A stretch of 64,000 bases of DNA, from contig JAQURC010000003.1 of NCBI GenBank assembly GCA_028715785.1, positions 91,423-155,422 on the forward strand, in the 5' to 3' direction. The stretch's first letter is position 1. Each line of letters starts with the position of its first letter. The position numbers and the translations under genes were made by a program. The DNA comes from Candidatus Omnitrophota bacterium. GTDB taxonomy: Bacteria > Omnitrophota > Gorgyraeia > Gygaellales > Profunditerraquicolaceae. Positions 9,465 to 19,798 of this stretch are shown piece after piece. Below the pieces are notes generated by a model that saw nothing but the letters and a program-made list of their open reading frames with translations, had not been told where the DNA came from and ran no database searches.

Positions 9465-9850
9465 TTGGCAAGCCCTTCCACATAACGCTGATAAGCCGAG
9501 GCATCCATGAGATTTGCTTTTTCCGCTTCGTTTGAAATCTGCAGCGAGAAAAAATAGCCTTTTTCATACGCCGACTGGTTAATTAATTCCGGATGGGCCG
9601 CTAATTGCGTATTGATGGATGTAACTTTTCCCGATAAAGGCGCGTATACTTCAGAAGCGGCTTTGACCGATTCAACAGTAGCGCAATATTTGGATTGTTT
9701 AAGCTCCTCTCCTATCTTGGGTAATTCCACGAAAGTAATATCACCCAGAGAACTTTGAGCATAATCAGTAATACCGATATAGGCGGTTTTACCGTCGATA
9801 CGCGCCCACTCGTGATCCTTGGTATAGAAAATATTCTTTGGTATATCCAT
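9461..9850 (-). CDS. gcvH: Glycine cleavage system H protein
   Basis: Lipoyl-lysine motif ESVKAASE. Confidence 0.9.
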   Translation of the reverse strand: MDIPKNIFYTKDHEWARIDGKTAYIGITDYAQSSLGDITFVELPKIGEELKQSKYCATVESVKAASEVYAPLSGKVTSINTQLAAHPELINQSAYEKGYFFSLQISNEAEKANLMDASAYQRYVEGLAK

Positions 9851-9875
9851 AAAATTCTCCTTTTAAATTAATATC

Positions 9876-9956
9876 GTCATTGCGAGGAGCCGTAGGCGAC
9901 GAAGCAATCTTTAAAAGCAAGATTGCTTCGGCACTTCTCGTGCCTCGCAATGACAC
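9876..9956. repeat. Family A palindromic intergenic repeat, copy A2
   Basis: Same termini and inner stem as A1. It lies between the gcvT stop and the gcvH RBS. Confidence 0.85.
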
Positions 9957-11029
9957 TAATTTGTACGACAACGATAAAAAGGTTTTTTTGTAACCACGAC
10001 CGGAATCTCCGTGCCCGCGTCCTTAACAATAAGCTGCGCTCCGATACTATAATTACCCGCGACATACCCCATTCCAATACCGACAGAAAGGCTGGGTGAA
10101 AATGAACCGCTGGTTACCAGGCCTACGCGTTGATTACGATCGAATATAGCAAAACCATGGCGAGGAGCGCGCCGGGAATCCGCCTGAAAACAAATTAAAC
10201 GCTCTTTCGGGCCGCCTGCCTGTTCTTTTAGCAAAGCATCCTTACCGATAAAATCCTTGGATAAATCCACAAACTTAGCAAGCCCGGCGGCCAAAGGTGT
10301 ATGGTTTATATCCAGGTCCTGGCCGTAAAGCGGATAACCCATTTCAAGGCGTAAGGTATCCCGGCTCCCCAAACCGGCGGGTTTTACGCGCACATCCTTA
10401 AGCAGAACTTTCCACAATTTTACTACATAATCGGCTGATATATATATTTCATAGCCGAGCTCTCCGGTATAACCGGTGCGGCTTACTATACAGCGCTGGT
10501 CATGGAAAGTAAATTCGGAAAAAGTATAATAGTTAAGTTTTGCCAGGCCATCGCCAAAAATATCTTTAAGCACATCCAGGGACTCCGACCCCTGCACATC
10601 CAGTTTTCCTGTTTTATCAGAAATATCTTTGAGGTTATATTCTCCGGTAAGATTTTTCTTTAAATGCGCGTAATCGCCGAGAGTGGTTGCGGCATTGACC
10701 ACCAGCATCCAGTTGGTTTTATTGATGCGGTACACAACCAGGTCATCCAACACCCCCGCCTGTTCATCAAGCATAAAACCATAACGGCAGGAGCCTTCGG
10801 GCATGGAAATTATATTCTGGGTGACAATGCGGTCAAAGCCGCTTAAGGCAGGGTCTGCCTCAAGCATGAATTCACCCATATGGCAAATATCGAATACAGA
10901 AACTGCCTTGCGGGTATGCGCGTGCTCAGCCAAAATACCTTCATACTGAATGGGCATCAACCATCCGCCAAAAGGAGCTATTTTTGCATTAAGTGAAATA
11001 TGCGTATTGTAAAGCGGAGTTTTTAACAC
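9956..11029 (-). CDS. gcvT: Aminomethyltransferase (glycine cleavage T protein)
   Basis: GcvT family throughout. Its stop TAG overlaps the last nt of A2. Confidence 0.9.
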   Translation of the reverse strand: MLKTPLYNTHISLNAKIAPFGGWLMPIQYEGILAEHAHTRKAVSVFDICHMGEFMLEADPALSGFDRIVTQNIISMPEGSCRYGFMLDEQAGVLDDLVVYRINKTNWMLVVNAATTLGDYAHLKKNLTGEYNLKDISDKTGKLDVQGSESLDVLKDIFGDGLAKLNYYTFSEFTFHDQRCIVSRTGYTGELGYEIYISADYVVKLWKVLLKDVRVKPAGLGSRDTLRLEMGYPLYGQDLDINHTPLAAGLAKFVDLSKDFIGKDALLKEQAGGPKERLICFQADSRRAPRHGFAIFDRNQRVGLVTSGSFSPSLSVGIGMGYVAGNYSIGAQLIVKDAGTEIPVVVTKKPFYRCRTN

Positions 11030-11081
11030 TTAGGTGTTCTGCTTTTATTAAGTTAAGTAATTTTATAGATTATATCACAAA

Positions 11082-11414
11082 TTATTTTTTTCCACTCAAG
11101 AATTTACCCAATATCAATACCACAACCACGCAGATAAGTATTCCGACAACCGCGGATAAAATATAAGCAAAGCTTAAACTGGCAACGGGCTTTTTTCCCC
11201 ACCCCTTAAAAGCATAGCCGGGAAGCGGCGCGCTCCAAAGGCTGGATAATTTTTCCAGCCCATGAGGTATATAACCTATAAATCCTTTCACCTCATTAGC
11301 GCCCCATTCGCCCCAGGCGCTGCCTGCCTTAAAATGTCCGGGGAGCAATAAACCCAAAGGAGATAAAACGACTAACACGCCTAAACCAATCCAAAATTTA
11401 GTAGTAATTTTCAT
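11082..11414 (-). CDS. PDGLE-domain membrane protein (CbiN-like ECF accessory component)
   Basis: Two TM helices flank a PxGxE-like motif (YIPHGLEK). It lies immediately downstream of cbiM. Confidence 0.5.
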   Translation of the reverse strand: MKITTKFWIGLGVLVVLSPLGLLLPGHFKAGSAWGEWGANEVKGFIGYIPHGLEKLSSLWSAPLPGYAFKGWGKKPVASLSFAYILSAVVGILICVVVVLILGKFLSGKK

Positions 11415-11418
11415 AAAT

Positions 11419-12096
11419 TCAAGCCCTTGCGGTTAATAACTCCGGAGAATGCTTTTGCAGGTATTTTATTACCAGGGCAGTAACAATTGCTTCAATCCAG
11501 CCCAAGATCAAAAGATGCTCGCCCGCCATTACCGGCACGGCAACATTCAATCCATAAGGGCAGTATAATGCCTGCCCATTTACATTATGATGCAACAAAG
11601 GCTGCAATCCGAATTCAACGCCGGTTAAAAAAGCGGCGACATTAATGCCGATATATCCGGCTATTCCGGCAGCCAATACTCTTCTACCCGAATCTATCGA
11701 AGCGCGATAACTAATAATCTTATATATATAATAGCCGGCAAACGGCATCGCAAACGCCATATTAAAACAATTGGCGCCGATAGCGGTAATGCCTCCATCG
11801 CCAAATAACAATGCCTGGATAACCAGCGCCACGGTAATAGCAATACAAGCCGCCCAGGGGCCAAGCAGTATCGCCACCAAAACACTGCCTACGGCATGGC
11901 CGGTTGTTCCTGCCGGTATGGGAATATTTAACATCATAATCACAAAACTGAATGCCGCCCCTATCGCCAACATCGGCACCTGCTTGGCCGTTAGTGTTTT
12001 CTTTACAATCCTGGAGGCAGCCGTCCATATCGGCAGCATCGCAAGATAAAAAAATCCGCAGGTTGCCGGGCCTAAATATCCGTCGGGTATATGCAT
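11419..12096 (-). CDS. cbiM: ECF transporter substrate-specific component CbiM/NikM
   Basis: N-terminal MHIPDGYL, which is diagnostic for CbiM/NikM. Confidence 0.8.
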   Translation of the reverse strand: MHIPDGYLGPATCGFFYLAMLPIWTAASRIVKKTLTAKQVPMLAIGAAFSFVIMMLNIPIPAGTTGHAVGSVLVAILLGPWAACIAITVALVIQALLFGDGGITAIGANCFNMAFAMPFAGYYIYKIISYRASIDSGRRVLAAGIAGYIGINVAAFLTGVEFGLQPLLHHNVNGQALYCPYGLNVAVPVMAGEHLLILGWIEAIVTALVIKYLQKHSPELLTARA

Positions 12097-12097
12097 A

Positions 12098-13309
12098 TTA
12101 TTTCAAGGCCTCTTTTTTCAAAATAAAGAACGCAAATATAGCCGCTGCTTCAACGGCGATACTAATAATGATAACTGCAAATATAGAATTTTCATAAAGC
12201 AGCCCGGTAAGGGCGCTGCCGATAAAAATCGCCAAACCATAAGCAGCATTAAATATTCCGTAACCAGTCCCTCTCTTTTTCAACGGAGTAATGTCGGCGA
12301 TTGCCGAACGCATCACAGTTTCGTGTAACCCCATAACAATCCCCCAGATAATTGCTCCTGTTAAAACTAAAGAAAATTTAGTAGAAAAAATAAACGGCGG
12401 AATAAATAATGAAAAAACCGGGATAGTAATCAGGGTAACTAAGCCCGCCTTTTCATTATTATGCCTGGACTTAAAAATATCATAGGTCTTTCCGACAGCC
12501 AAAGCCGCTACAGCGTCGACTCCCATCGCCAAAGCGTAAAATAAAGGGATCTGCGCGTCAGTCAGCACATGCTTGGCCTTAAAGTGAAAACCAACTAAAG
12601 CGAAATTAGCAAAACCAAGGGTAGTAATAAAAGTAAAAATAGTATAAATCCAAAAAACCCTGCTCAGCTTATCTTGCCCCGGATTTTTAGTTACCGCTTC
12701 CTCTAAAACTTCCGGGTTAGGCGTCCTGCGGTAGGCAATAGTCAGGCAGAACAAAACTAAAATCAAAGGCATCCAAAGCAAAGCATACCCGTGCTGATAA
12801 TCTGCCAAGCCCTTGTCCCCTTTGCCGAGAATTACAAAAAGCGCGGTAAAAATTAACGGGCCGCTGATCGCTCCGACTTGATCAAAGACCTCGGCTATGG
12901 CAAAACCGATCCCGGTGCCCACCTGCTTGGTAGCCTGTGAAAGGAGAGTATCTCTTGCCGGGCTGCGCAATGCTTTACCCAATCTTTCCATAATGATGAA
13001 GACAACCGCAACCTGCCATATCCCGACCAGAGAAAGCAAAGGCACGCTAAGCAGCATTCCATAACCCAGGAAGGCAAACAGCCAGTAGGCTTTGGTCTTG
13101 TCGGCAAAATATCCGGAAAGCAGGCGTATCGCGTAGCCTAAAAATTCGGCGACACCGGCAACTAAACCCACTATCGCCGCATTTGCGCCAAGGGTTTTAA
13201 GATACGGGCCATTAACGGAACGCGCCCCCTCATAAACCATATCCCCGAAAAGGCTGACCAGCCCAAAAAGCAGAATTAATTGGAACGCGGATTTTTTGTG
13301 ATTATTCAT
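12098..13309 (-). CDS. MFS transporter
   Basis: 12-TM profile and a typical MFS length. Confidence 0.6.
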   Translation of the reverse strand: MNNHKKSAFQLILLFGLVSLFGDMVYEGARSVNGPYLKTLGANAAIVGLVAGVAEFLGYAIRLLSGYFADKTKAYWLFAFLGYGMLLSVPLLSLVGIWQVAVVFIIMERLGKALRSPARDTLLSQATKQVGTGIGFAIAEVFDQVGAISGPLIFTALFVILGKGDKGLADYQHGYALLWMPLILVLFCLTIAYRRTPNPEVLEEAVTKNPGQDKLSRVFWIYTIFTFITTLGFANFALVGFHFKAKHVLTDAQIPLFYALAMGVDAVAALAVGKTYDIFKSRHNNEKAGLVTLITIPVFSLFIPPFIFSTKFSLVLTGAIIWGIVMGLHETVMRSAIADITPLKKRGTGYGIFNAAYGLAIFIGSALTGLLYENSIFAVIIISIAVEAAAIFAFFILKKEALK

Positions 13310-13319
13310 AACTGATTAT

Positions 13320-14984
13320 TTAGAGTGTTTCAATCTTTAGGATATATTCATTCCCTATAACTTTTAACACCGTGTATTTAAATTCTCCGGAAACAATACG
13401 CCCAATATCCCTAACAGAACTATTTTTTAAAACGCAATAAGTAACTTTTTGCTTGCGTAGAAAATTAAGCACTTTCTCTTTAGAATTCAGAAAAGGTATG
13501 AGATGCTGGCTAAAAAAAGGGGTGCCCGGAATATCGATTACCGCGACTTCTTTATCCGCATAATACTTTACTCCGCGCGCAAAAAACTTAGAACTTAGGA
13601 TAACATTATCAACTTGATAATTCTTAAGCAAATACTGGCAACTCTCCTTGGGGGAAAGATATGGTTCAATATTATGGCGCACAAAGGGAATAAGATATAC
13701 CATAATGGGGACAAACAAAGCCAGGCAATAAACACTCTTTAATATTTTTTTCCTGGCGATCAAGAAGGACAAACCTAGGCCAAACGCCAAAAAGATAAAA
13801 ATAATGAAATTGACTACTGGCTGCGCCAAGAGATGCAGGCTTAAATAATGCTTAAACCAAATGGAAATAATAATTAAAGACGCGGGTATTAAAAAAACCG
13901 TAAGTAGGTTAAGGGATAAAATGAAATAAATCAGGCGCTTCTTATCTTGAGTAATTAAATCCACGATAAAATTACCCATGAATAAAGCTAGGGCGGCAAA
14001 AAGCGGGAAAATATAACTTGCTAATTTAGAATGCGCGCTTTGAAAAATAACGAATACGGAAACAATCCAACAAACCAAAAAAACAAGAAATTGATTATCT
14101 CTCTGTTTTAAATATTGCGGCAGGGAAAATAAAGAAAAAACAAGAAAAATGCTCCAGGGGAATATGCAGCCGGCCATAGATAAAGGATAGAAATACCAGG
14201 TATCATTTCCAGGATGTTCGGCTTCGATAATCCTCCTAAGGTGGTCGTTGTAGAAAAATTCATTAACAAAAGTATTCCCATAGAGCTTAAACATCAGGAT
14301 ATACCAAGGCAGAGAAATTAATCCAAAGAGCAACAATCCCCAAAACAGATACTGGTTGAGCAAAAATTTCAGGTCCTTTTTGATGAACAAAAATAAGATT
14401 ACACTTAAAAAAGGAATAAGCAAACCCAGGGGCCCTTTGGTTAAAGTCGCCAGGGCCGCAAAAACAAAAAATAACAATATTCCCGGGCCTTTTTTGTTCT
14501 TAAACGCATACCCCCAATAAAACGATAGTAAAGACAAAAGAATGAATACGCTAAAAATCAGGTCCGTAAAGACGGTACGGGCCAACCCAATATAAAGCCC
14601 GCCGGTCATTAAGACTATAGCGGAAATAAAGGCTTTTTTGGGGTCTTTAAAACCTATTCGCCCGAACAGGTAAATGGCAATTACCCCGATCATCCCGAAT
14701 AAAGCGGGAAAAAATCTGGCGGCAAAACTATTTATTCCAAAAATTATAAATCCCAACCTGAGCAGCCAGTAAAGAAATACCGGCTTCTCAAACTGCGGCT
14801 GGGCAAACAGGTAAGGAGTCATCCAGCTATGCTGCCGGGCCATCTCTTTGGCGGTTTGGGCGTAAAAAACTTCATCGGGTATAGTCAGGCTAAGTAAGCC
14901 GTTACCAAACATAAAACAAAAATAGGAAAGAACAACCAAAATAATGATATGTTTTATATATTTATTATTTTTCATTTTTTTCAT
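13320..14984 (-). CDS. ArnT/PMT-family (GT39/GT83) membrane glycosyltransferase
   Basis: N-terminal motif IPDEVFYAQTAKEM. It is polytopic. Confidence 0.6.
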   Translation of the reverse strand: MKKMKNNKYIKHIIILVVLSYFCFMFGNGLLSLTIPDEVFYAQTAKEMARQHSWMTPYLFAQPQFEKPVFLYWLLRLGFIIFGINSFAARFFPALFGMIGVIAIYLFGRIGFKDPKKAFISAIVLMTGGLYIGLARTVFTDLIFSVFILLSLLSFYWGYAFKNKKGPGILLFFVFAALATLTKGPLGLLIPFLSVILFLFIKKDLKFLLNQYLFWGLLLFGLISLPWYILMFKLYGNTFVNEFFYNDHLRRIIEAEHPGNDTWYFYPLSMAGCIFPWSIFLVFSLFSLPQYLKQRDNQFLVFLVCWIVSVFVIFQSAHSKLASYIFPLFAALALFMGNFIVDLITQDKKRLIYFILSLNLLTVFLIPASLIIISIWFKHYLSLHLLAQPVVNFIIFIFLAFGLGLSFLIARKKILKSVYCLALFVPIMVYLIPFVRHNIEPYLSPKESCQYLLKNYQVDNVILSSKFFARGVKYYADKEVAVIDIPGTPFFSQHLIPFLNSKEKVLNFLRKQKVTYCVLKNSSVRDIGRIVSGEFKYTVLKVIGNEYILKIETL

Positions 14985-15720
14985 GCAACTCCAAGAGCTG
15001 GCTGATTGTTACAAATCTATACCCGCGTTCCCTTAATTTCTCAATCAAGAGGCTGATAGCTTTCACTGTTTCTTTGCGCTTGCCGCCTTCAGGCTTAAAC
15101 ACCCCCCCGCTATCATGAAAAAGAAGGATATCTCCGGGCCGAACATGGCGCAATATATAGCTTACAATATAGCGATCATCAAAAGTAACCCAATCCTTGG
15201 AATTTAACGACCACAAGACGGTCTCATAGCCCATCTCCTTAATTTGCTTCTTTTCCCTTTCCGTAAGCCAGGCCTTGGGCGGGCGAAAATATTTGGTAGT
15301 CTGGCCCGTTATGCTTCTGATTACCTTCTCGGTATCGACGAGCTCTCTTTTCAACTCAGAAGCATTATAATAAATAAGCGTGTGGTGATCAAAGGTATGA
15401 TTGCCTATTTCATGGCCTTCTTCGGCCAGGCGCCTGACCACCTCCGGATACCTCTGCGCGTGTTCACCCAGCATAAAAAAAGTAGCTTTGACCTGGGCCT
15501 TTTTAAGCACATCCAATATCCTAGGAGTCCAAACAGGAGAAGGCCCATCGTCAAAAGTCAGGGCCACCACCTTTTCTGAGGCCGGAATGTGATAAACCGT
15601 ATCTTTTCTGGCAATCACCGCTTGATCAAAAAATACGGTGAATAAAATTAGCGCTAAACCGATTAAAAAAAGAGACACAAAACTCAAAAAGAATAGTTTC
15701 TTTATGGCTATTTTCTTCAT
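14965..15720 (-). CDS. Polysaccharide deacetylase (NodB/CE4)
   Basis: TFDDGP motif and His motifs. Confidence 0.75.
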   Translation of the reverse strand: MKKIAIKKLFFLSFVSLFLIGLALILFTVFFDQAVIARKDTVYHIPASEKVVALTFDDGPSPVWTPRILDVLKKAQVKATFFMLGEHAQRYPEVVRRLAEEGHEIGNHTFDHHTLIYYNASELKRELVDTEKVIRSITGQTTKYFRPPKAWLTEREKKQIKEMGYETVLWSLNSKDWVTFDDRYIVSYILRHVRPGDILLFHDSGGVFKPEGGKRKETVKAISLLIEKLRERGYRFVTISQLLELHEKNEK

Positions 15721-15811
15721 ATTAAATTAGGCTAAGAAGTTAAAAACAGATACAACTATTATAGGATGGGGGTATAAAAAAACAAGGAATTACTTATGCT
15801 GGCCTTATTTA

Positions 15812-17077
15812 CTAGCGATAAAATTTGGGTTTAGGATATTTATACGGTTTTTTGGGCTGGCCGTATCCTGGCTGCTTATGGCCGGACCGATGATTAGAAG
15901 GACGGCCTGATTCACTAAATTTATCCAGGGTAAGCTCCGGGTGCTTTGACACGGGTAAGGTGGCTTTAATGAGTTTTTCGATATCCGCCACATCACGGCC
16001 CTGATCCGGAGTGGCAAAAGAAACCGCGTGCCCCTTATGTCCGGCGCGGGCAGTGCGGCCGATACGATGCACGTAATTTTCCGCGTCTTCCGGTAAATCA
16101 TAATTAAGCACCAGTTCAATACCGGTAACATCAATGCCGCGGGAAGCAATATCGGTAGCCACCAATACCCGGTATTTGCCGGATTTAAAACCTTCTAAGG
16201 CATCGCGGCGCTGGGCGAGAGAACGGTTAGAATGTATTTCCGAAGCAGAGTGGCCCATATCCCGGATGGACTTGACGATTTTTCTGGCGTTATGCTTAGT
16301 GCGTGAAAATAACAGGACTGAACCGTGATATTGGCCAAGCAGTTTCTTGAGTAATTGAGTCTTGGTCTCTTTCTTAACGATAAATAATTCCTGGGTAACG
16401 CGCTCAGCGGTAGTGCCCGGAGGAGCGATCTCAACACTTAAAGGCAATTTCATGTGTTTAGCCGCTATGCTCATAATTTCCTTCGGCATGGTCGCGGAGA
16501 ATAGCATGGTTTGCCTGTCTTTGGGCAGGAAACGTAAAATTTTATCAATTTGCGGAGCAAAACCCATATCCAGCATGCGGTCAGCCTCATCCAGCACGAG
16601 CATAATTACATTATCGGGCAGAAAATTCCACTGTGACATATGATCGATCAACCTTCCGGGTGTGGCAATAACTATTTGCGGGTCCCTGCGCAAAGCCTGA
16701 ACCTGAGGCGGCATCGGCGCCCCGCCGATAAGGCAGGCAGTCCGCATACTAAAAACACGCGCGATTTCCTGAAAGGCTTCATCAATCTGAATAGCCAGTT
16801 CCCTGGTCGGGGCGAGGACTAACCCGATGCCTTTTTTCTGCACCAGGCGCTGGACCATGGGAATAGCAAAAGAATGGGTCTTGCCGGTTCCGGTCTGGGC
16901 GATACCGACGATATCTTTTCCTTCCAAAGCCAGAGGAATCGCCTTTAACTGGATGGGCGTGGGAACTTTGAACTTCATGCGCTCTAAAAGATCCAGGATC
17001 TTCGGGGCAATACCTAAACCATAAAAATTTGCCGGAGCCAGCGTAAGGTTATTTGTCATTATCGGTTTATTGGTCAT
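15812..17077 (-). CDS. DEAD-box ATP-dependent RNA helicase
   Basis: Q-motif, GTGKT, DEAD and SAT motifs, plus a basic C-terminal tail. Confidence 0.85.
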   Translation of the reverse strand: MTNKPIMTNNLTLAPANFYGLGIAPKILDLLERMKFKVPTPIQLKAIPLALEGKDIVGIAQTGTGKTHSFAIPMVQRLVQKKGIGLVLAPTRELAIQIDEAFQEIARVFSMRTACLIGGAPMPPQVQALRRDPQIVIATPGRLIDHMSQWNFLPDNVIMLVLDEADRMLDMGFAPQIDKILRFLPKDRQTMLFSATMPKEIMSIAAKHMKLPLSVEIAPPGTTAERVTQELFIVKKETKTQLLKKLLGQYHGSVLLFSRTKHNARKIVKSIRDMGHSASEIHSNRSLAQRRDALEGFKSGKYRVLVATDIASRGIDVTGIELVLNYDLPEDAENYVHRIGRTARAGHKGHAVSFATPDQGRDVADIEKLIKATLPVSKHPELTLDKFSESGRPSNHRSGHKQPGYGQPKKPYKYPKPKFYR

Positions 17078-17240
17078 GCGGCTTTGATTAACTTGGGTTT
17101 ATCATTATAAGCTAAAAGGCCAAGATGAATATGGCAATAGGATTCATGATTATAAATACTCAAGATATTCTTACAGTGTGAATATTTACATTTTCTTCCT
17201 TTAAGCGAAGTCTTTATTTTTTTGATATTTACACCTCCAT

Positions 17241-17276
17241 AAAAAAACCGCAAAGGTTAGTTGTCGTCCTTGGCGG
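17241..17276 (-). terminator. Rho-independent terminator (CCGCCAAGG...CCTTTGCGG then a U7 run on the minus strand)
   Basis: A 9-bp stem is followed by TTTTTTT. It lies downstream of the 17314..17628 gene. Confidence 0.6.
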
Positions 17277-17313
17277 CTTCAAAATCCTCTAATCTTTATT
17301 TTATTATACTCCT

Positions 17314-17628
17314 TTAATCCGCTTTGTCAACCATATCTTCTCCAACTATCTGACCCTGAATATCCACAACCTTACCGTCTCCCCGGCCTTGCCGCCTGTA
17401 GCTTTTACTATCGGAAGCAAAACCGCGGCCCTGCTGGCCGAATTGCCGGATGATTTTGCGCCTCATAATATTAATACTAATGATAAACATTAAGATTAGA
17501 ATGGCCTCAATACCCAGCCACAGGCGGGTAGAATTAAATATAAACCTGCCGAAAAATAGATTGAAAATAATCAAAAAAGGTAAAAGACAACCTGAACCCC
17601 CTATCCACACAAACCCGGAATCAGGCAT
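17314..17628 (-). CDS. Small hypothetical membrane protein with an RG-rich acidic tail
   Basis: Two predicted TM helices. Its ATG overlaps the nitroreductase stop as TAATG. Confidence 0.35.
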   Translation of the reverse strand: MPDSGFVWIGGSGCLLPFLIIFNLFFGRFIFNSTRLWLGIEAILILMFIISINIMRRKIIRQFGQQGRGFASDSKSYRRQGRGDGKVVDIQGQIVGEDMVDKAD

Positions 17629-18131
17629 TAAAATTTCTCCCAATGCAATAACTCTTTCAAACCCCTCTTTTCCACGATTTTAAACGCGTTTTTATCCTGA
17701 GGATACCCCAAAGCAATCAGGCTGATTAACTTCATGCCTAATGGCGCGTTCAATAAGGCGTTTACCTGCTGGCAATAAGGCTTTTTATCGCCGGCCACCC
17801 AGCATGAACCTATCCCTAAAGCAGAAGCCGCCAAAAGAATATTACAGGTAGCCGCGCATCCATCCTCAAGAAAATAATGGGTATCGATGGAGAATACCGC
17901 CACGCAAGCAGCTGCCTGCCCCATAAACCTGCAGTTTTGGCCCAAAGCAGCCAACTCCGTTAATTTGTTCTTATCCGTTACCACTACAAATTCCCAGGGC
18001 TGGACATTCCTGGCTGTAGGAGCAAACCGGGCCGCGTCGATAATCTCTTGGAGCTGTTCTTTAGGTATATCTTTGCTTTGAAAGGCCCTTACGCTGCGCC
18101 TGATCTTTAGCAGTTTTAGAAAACTTTCCAT
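17628..18131 (-). CDS. Nitroreductase family protein
   Basis: Nitroreductase fold motifs (RRSVRAF, ARFAPTARNVQPW). Confidence 0.7.
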   Translation of the reverse strand: MESFLKLLKIRRSVRAFQSKDIPKEQLQEIIDAARFAPTARNVQPWEFVVVTDKNKLTELAALGQNCRFMGQAAACVAVFSIDTHYFLEDGCAATCNILLAASALGIGSCWVAGDKKPYCQQVNALLNAPLGMKLISLIALGYPQDKNAFKIVEKRGLKELLHWEKF

Positions 18132-18161
18132 TTTTTCACCTCAAATTTTAATTAAATAATT

Positions 18162-18539
18162 TTAGGCTATTTTTTTACGCAAATCTTCGGGAATGGCTTG
18201 CGGTTTCAGGTTCTTATCGACACAAACAAGGGTGGTTTTGGCTTTGACAATTATTTGTTTATCTTGATTATAGATTTCATGCAGAAATTCGATGCGCACT
18301 CCGCTGATCGCTCCGACTTGAGCTTGAATATCCAGCTGGTCCCCGTATTTAGCGGGAAACTTATAATCAATTTCCTGCCGGGCGACTACAAACATAAAAC
18401 CGGAATCCGCCAAAAGCTTGATCGAAGCGTTCTTCTGCTCAAAATATTCGGTGCGCGCCTCTTCTAAAAATTCAAGGTATTTGGCGTAATAAACCACTCC
18501 GCCGCAGTCGGTATGATGATAATAAATACGCTTTTTCAT
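18162..18539 (-). CDS. Acyl-CoA thioesterase (4HBT / YbgC-like)
   Basis: YHHTDCGGVVYYAKYLEF hotdog motif. Confidence 0.7.
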   Translation of the reverse strand: MKKRIYYHHTDCGGVVYYAKYLEFLEEARTEYFEQKNASIKLLADSGFMFVVARQEIDYKFPAKYGDQLDIQAQVGAISGVRIEFLHEIYNQDKQIIVKAKTTLVCVDKNLKPQAIPEDLRKKIA

Positions 18540-18560
18540 AAGGGCTACCCTTCCGCCTAG

Positions 18561-18588
18561 ATTCTACCTTCAATCTAAGAATTGTCAA
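18561..18588 (-). promoter_or_regulatory. Sigma70-like promoter (TTGACA-16-TAGAAT) for the thioesterase gene
   Basis: Read on the minus strand. It overlaps the last codons of mtaB. Confidence 0.4.
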
Positions 18589-19798
18589 TATATTCACCGA
18601 TAAAATCATCCTTAAGAATACGGTTGATCCTGGCATTGACAATCTTATTTTTTAAATCCGGTCCAAACGGCAGCCTGACCGGCAGGTAATTATCCGTTAA
18701 GCCTTGCAAAAAATCAGGATCATCTTTGGCCCTGCCTTCAATCAAAACAGCGGCCTTTTTAGCAATAAACTTGCGCATAAAATCTATCTGGCACTGCCTG
18801 GCAATCTTTCCTAACCTCCGGCAGCGAAGGTTAATGATTTTAGGGTCAACTAACCCGTTAAAATCCGCGGCTTTAGTCCCCGGCCTGCGGGAATAAGGAA
18901 AGATATGCACCTTTAGCGGGTTGATCTTCCTGACTAAATCAACGGTATTCTCAAAATTTTTTTCGGTTTCACCCGGAAAACCGACCAGGCAGTCGGTGGT
19001 AATAGAGACCTCGGGGATATCGCGTTTCAACCGGTCAACCAAATCCAGGTATTTTTGCCTGGTATATTTTCGATTCATGCGTTTTAAGATATGGTCATCT
19101 CCGCTCTGAATAGGGATATGTAAATGCCGGCAAAGTTTACGGCTGCCCTCTAAGCACTTAATTAACCTAGGTGAAACATCCCCGGCCTCAATAGAGCTCA
19201 ATCTTATACGCAATAAACCTTCAATTTTCTCAAGCGCCCTGATAACATCAACTATATTTTTTTTAGGAGAAAAATCCCGGCCATAAGCGCCCAGGCAGAT
19301 GCCCGTCAAGACTATTTCTTTATGCCCACAGGCTGCCAGCCTTCTTGCCTCAGTAACTATCCGATTAAGATTTTTACTGCGCTCTCTGCCGCGCACCAAA
19401 GCTACTTTGCAATAGGTGCAGAAATTACTGCAGCCATCTTGAATTTTTAAGAAAGCTCTGGTGTGCCGGCTAAAACTGCTTATTCCTTCCGGAAAAAAAC
19501 TTTTCTTGACGACTAAAGCAATGCCTCGGATATCAGCTAATGCTTGGCTGTCTTTTTCAACCAGGCAGCCGGTAACAATCACTTTTGCTTTTGGGTTAGA
19601 GCGGATACATTTGCGGATGGTATTGCGGGATTTCTGGTCGGCTGCGGCGGTAACGGTGCAGGTATTTATAAGGAAATAATCGGGCGGCTTTCTCTGATTG
19701 GCCTCCTGAAAACCCTTGTTTAAGAATCTTTCGCGGATACTCTGCGTATCATATTGGTTGGCCTTGCAGCCAAGAGTAAAGAATTTAATGCTCTTCAT
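18575..19798 (-). CDS. mtaB: Radical SAM methylthiotransferase, MtaB/MiaB family
   Basis: MTTase N-terminal domain (FFTLGCKANQYD), a radical SAM core and a TRAM domain. Confidence 0.8.
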   Translation of the reverse strand: MKSIKFFTLGCKANQYDTQSIRERFLNKGFQEANQRKPPDYFLINTCTVTAAADQKSRNTIRKCIRSNPKAKVIVTGCLVEKDSQALADIRGIALVVKKSFFPEGISSFSRHTRAFLKIQDGCSNFCTYCKVALVRGRERSKNLNRIVTEARRLAACGHKEIVLTGICLGAYGRDFSPKKNIVDVIRALEKIEGLLRIRLSSIEAGDVSPRLIKCLEGSRKLCRHLHIPIQSGDDHILKRMNRKYTRQKYLDLVDRLKRDIPEVSITTDCLVGFPGETEKNFENTVDLVRKINPLKVHIFPYSRRPGTKAADFNGLVDPKIINLRCRRLGKIARQCQIDFMRKFIAKKAAVLIEGRAKDDPDFLQGLTDNYLPVRLPFGPDLKNKIVNARINRILKDDFIGEYIDNS

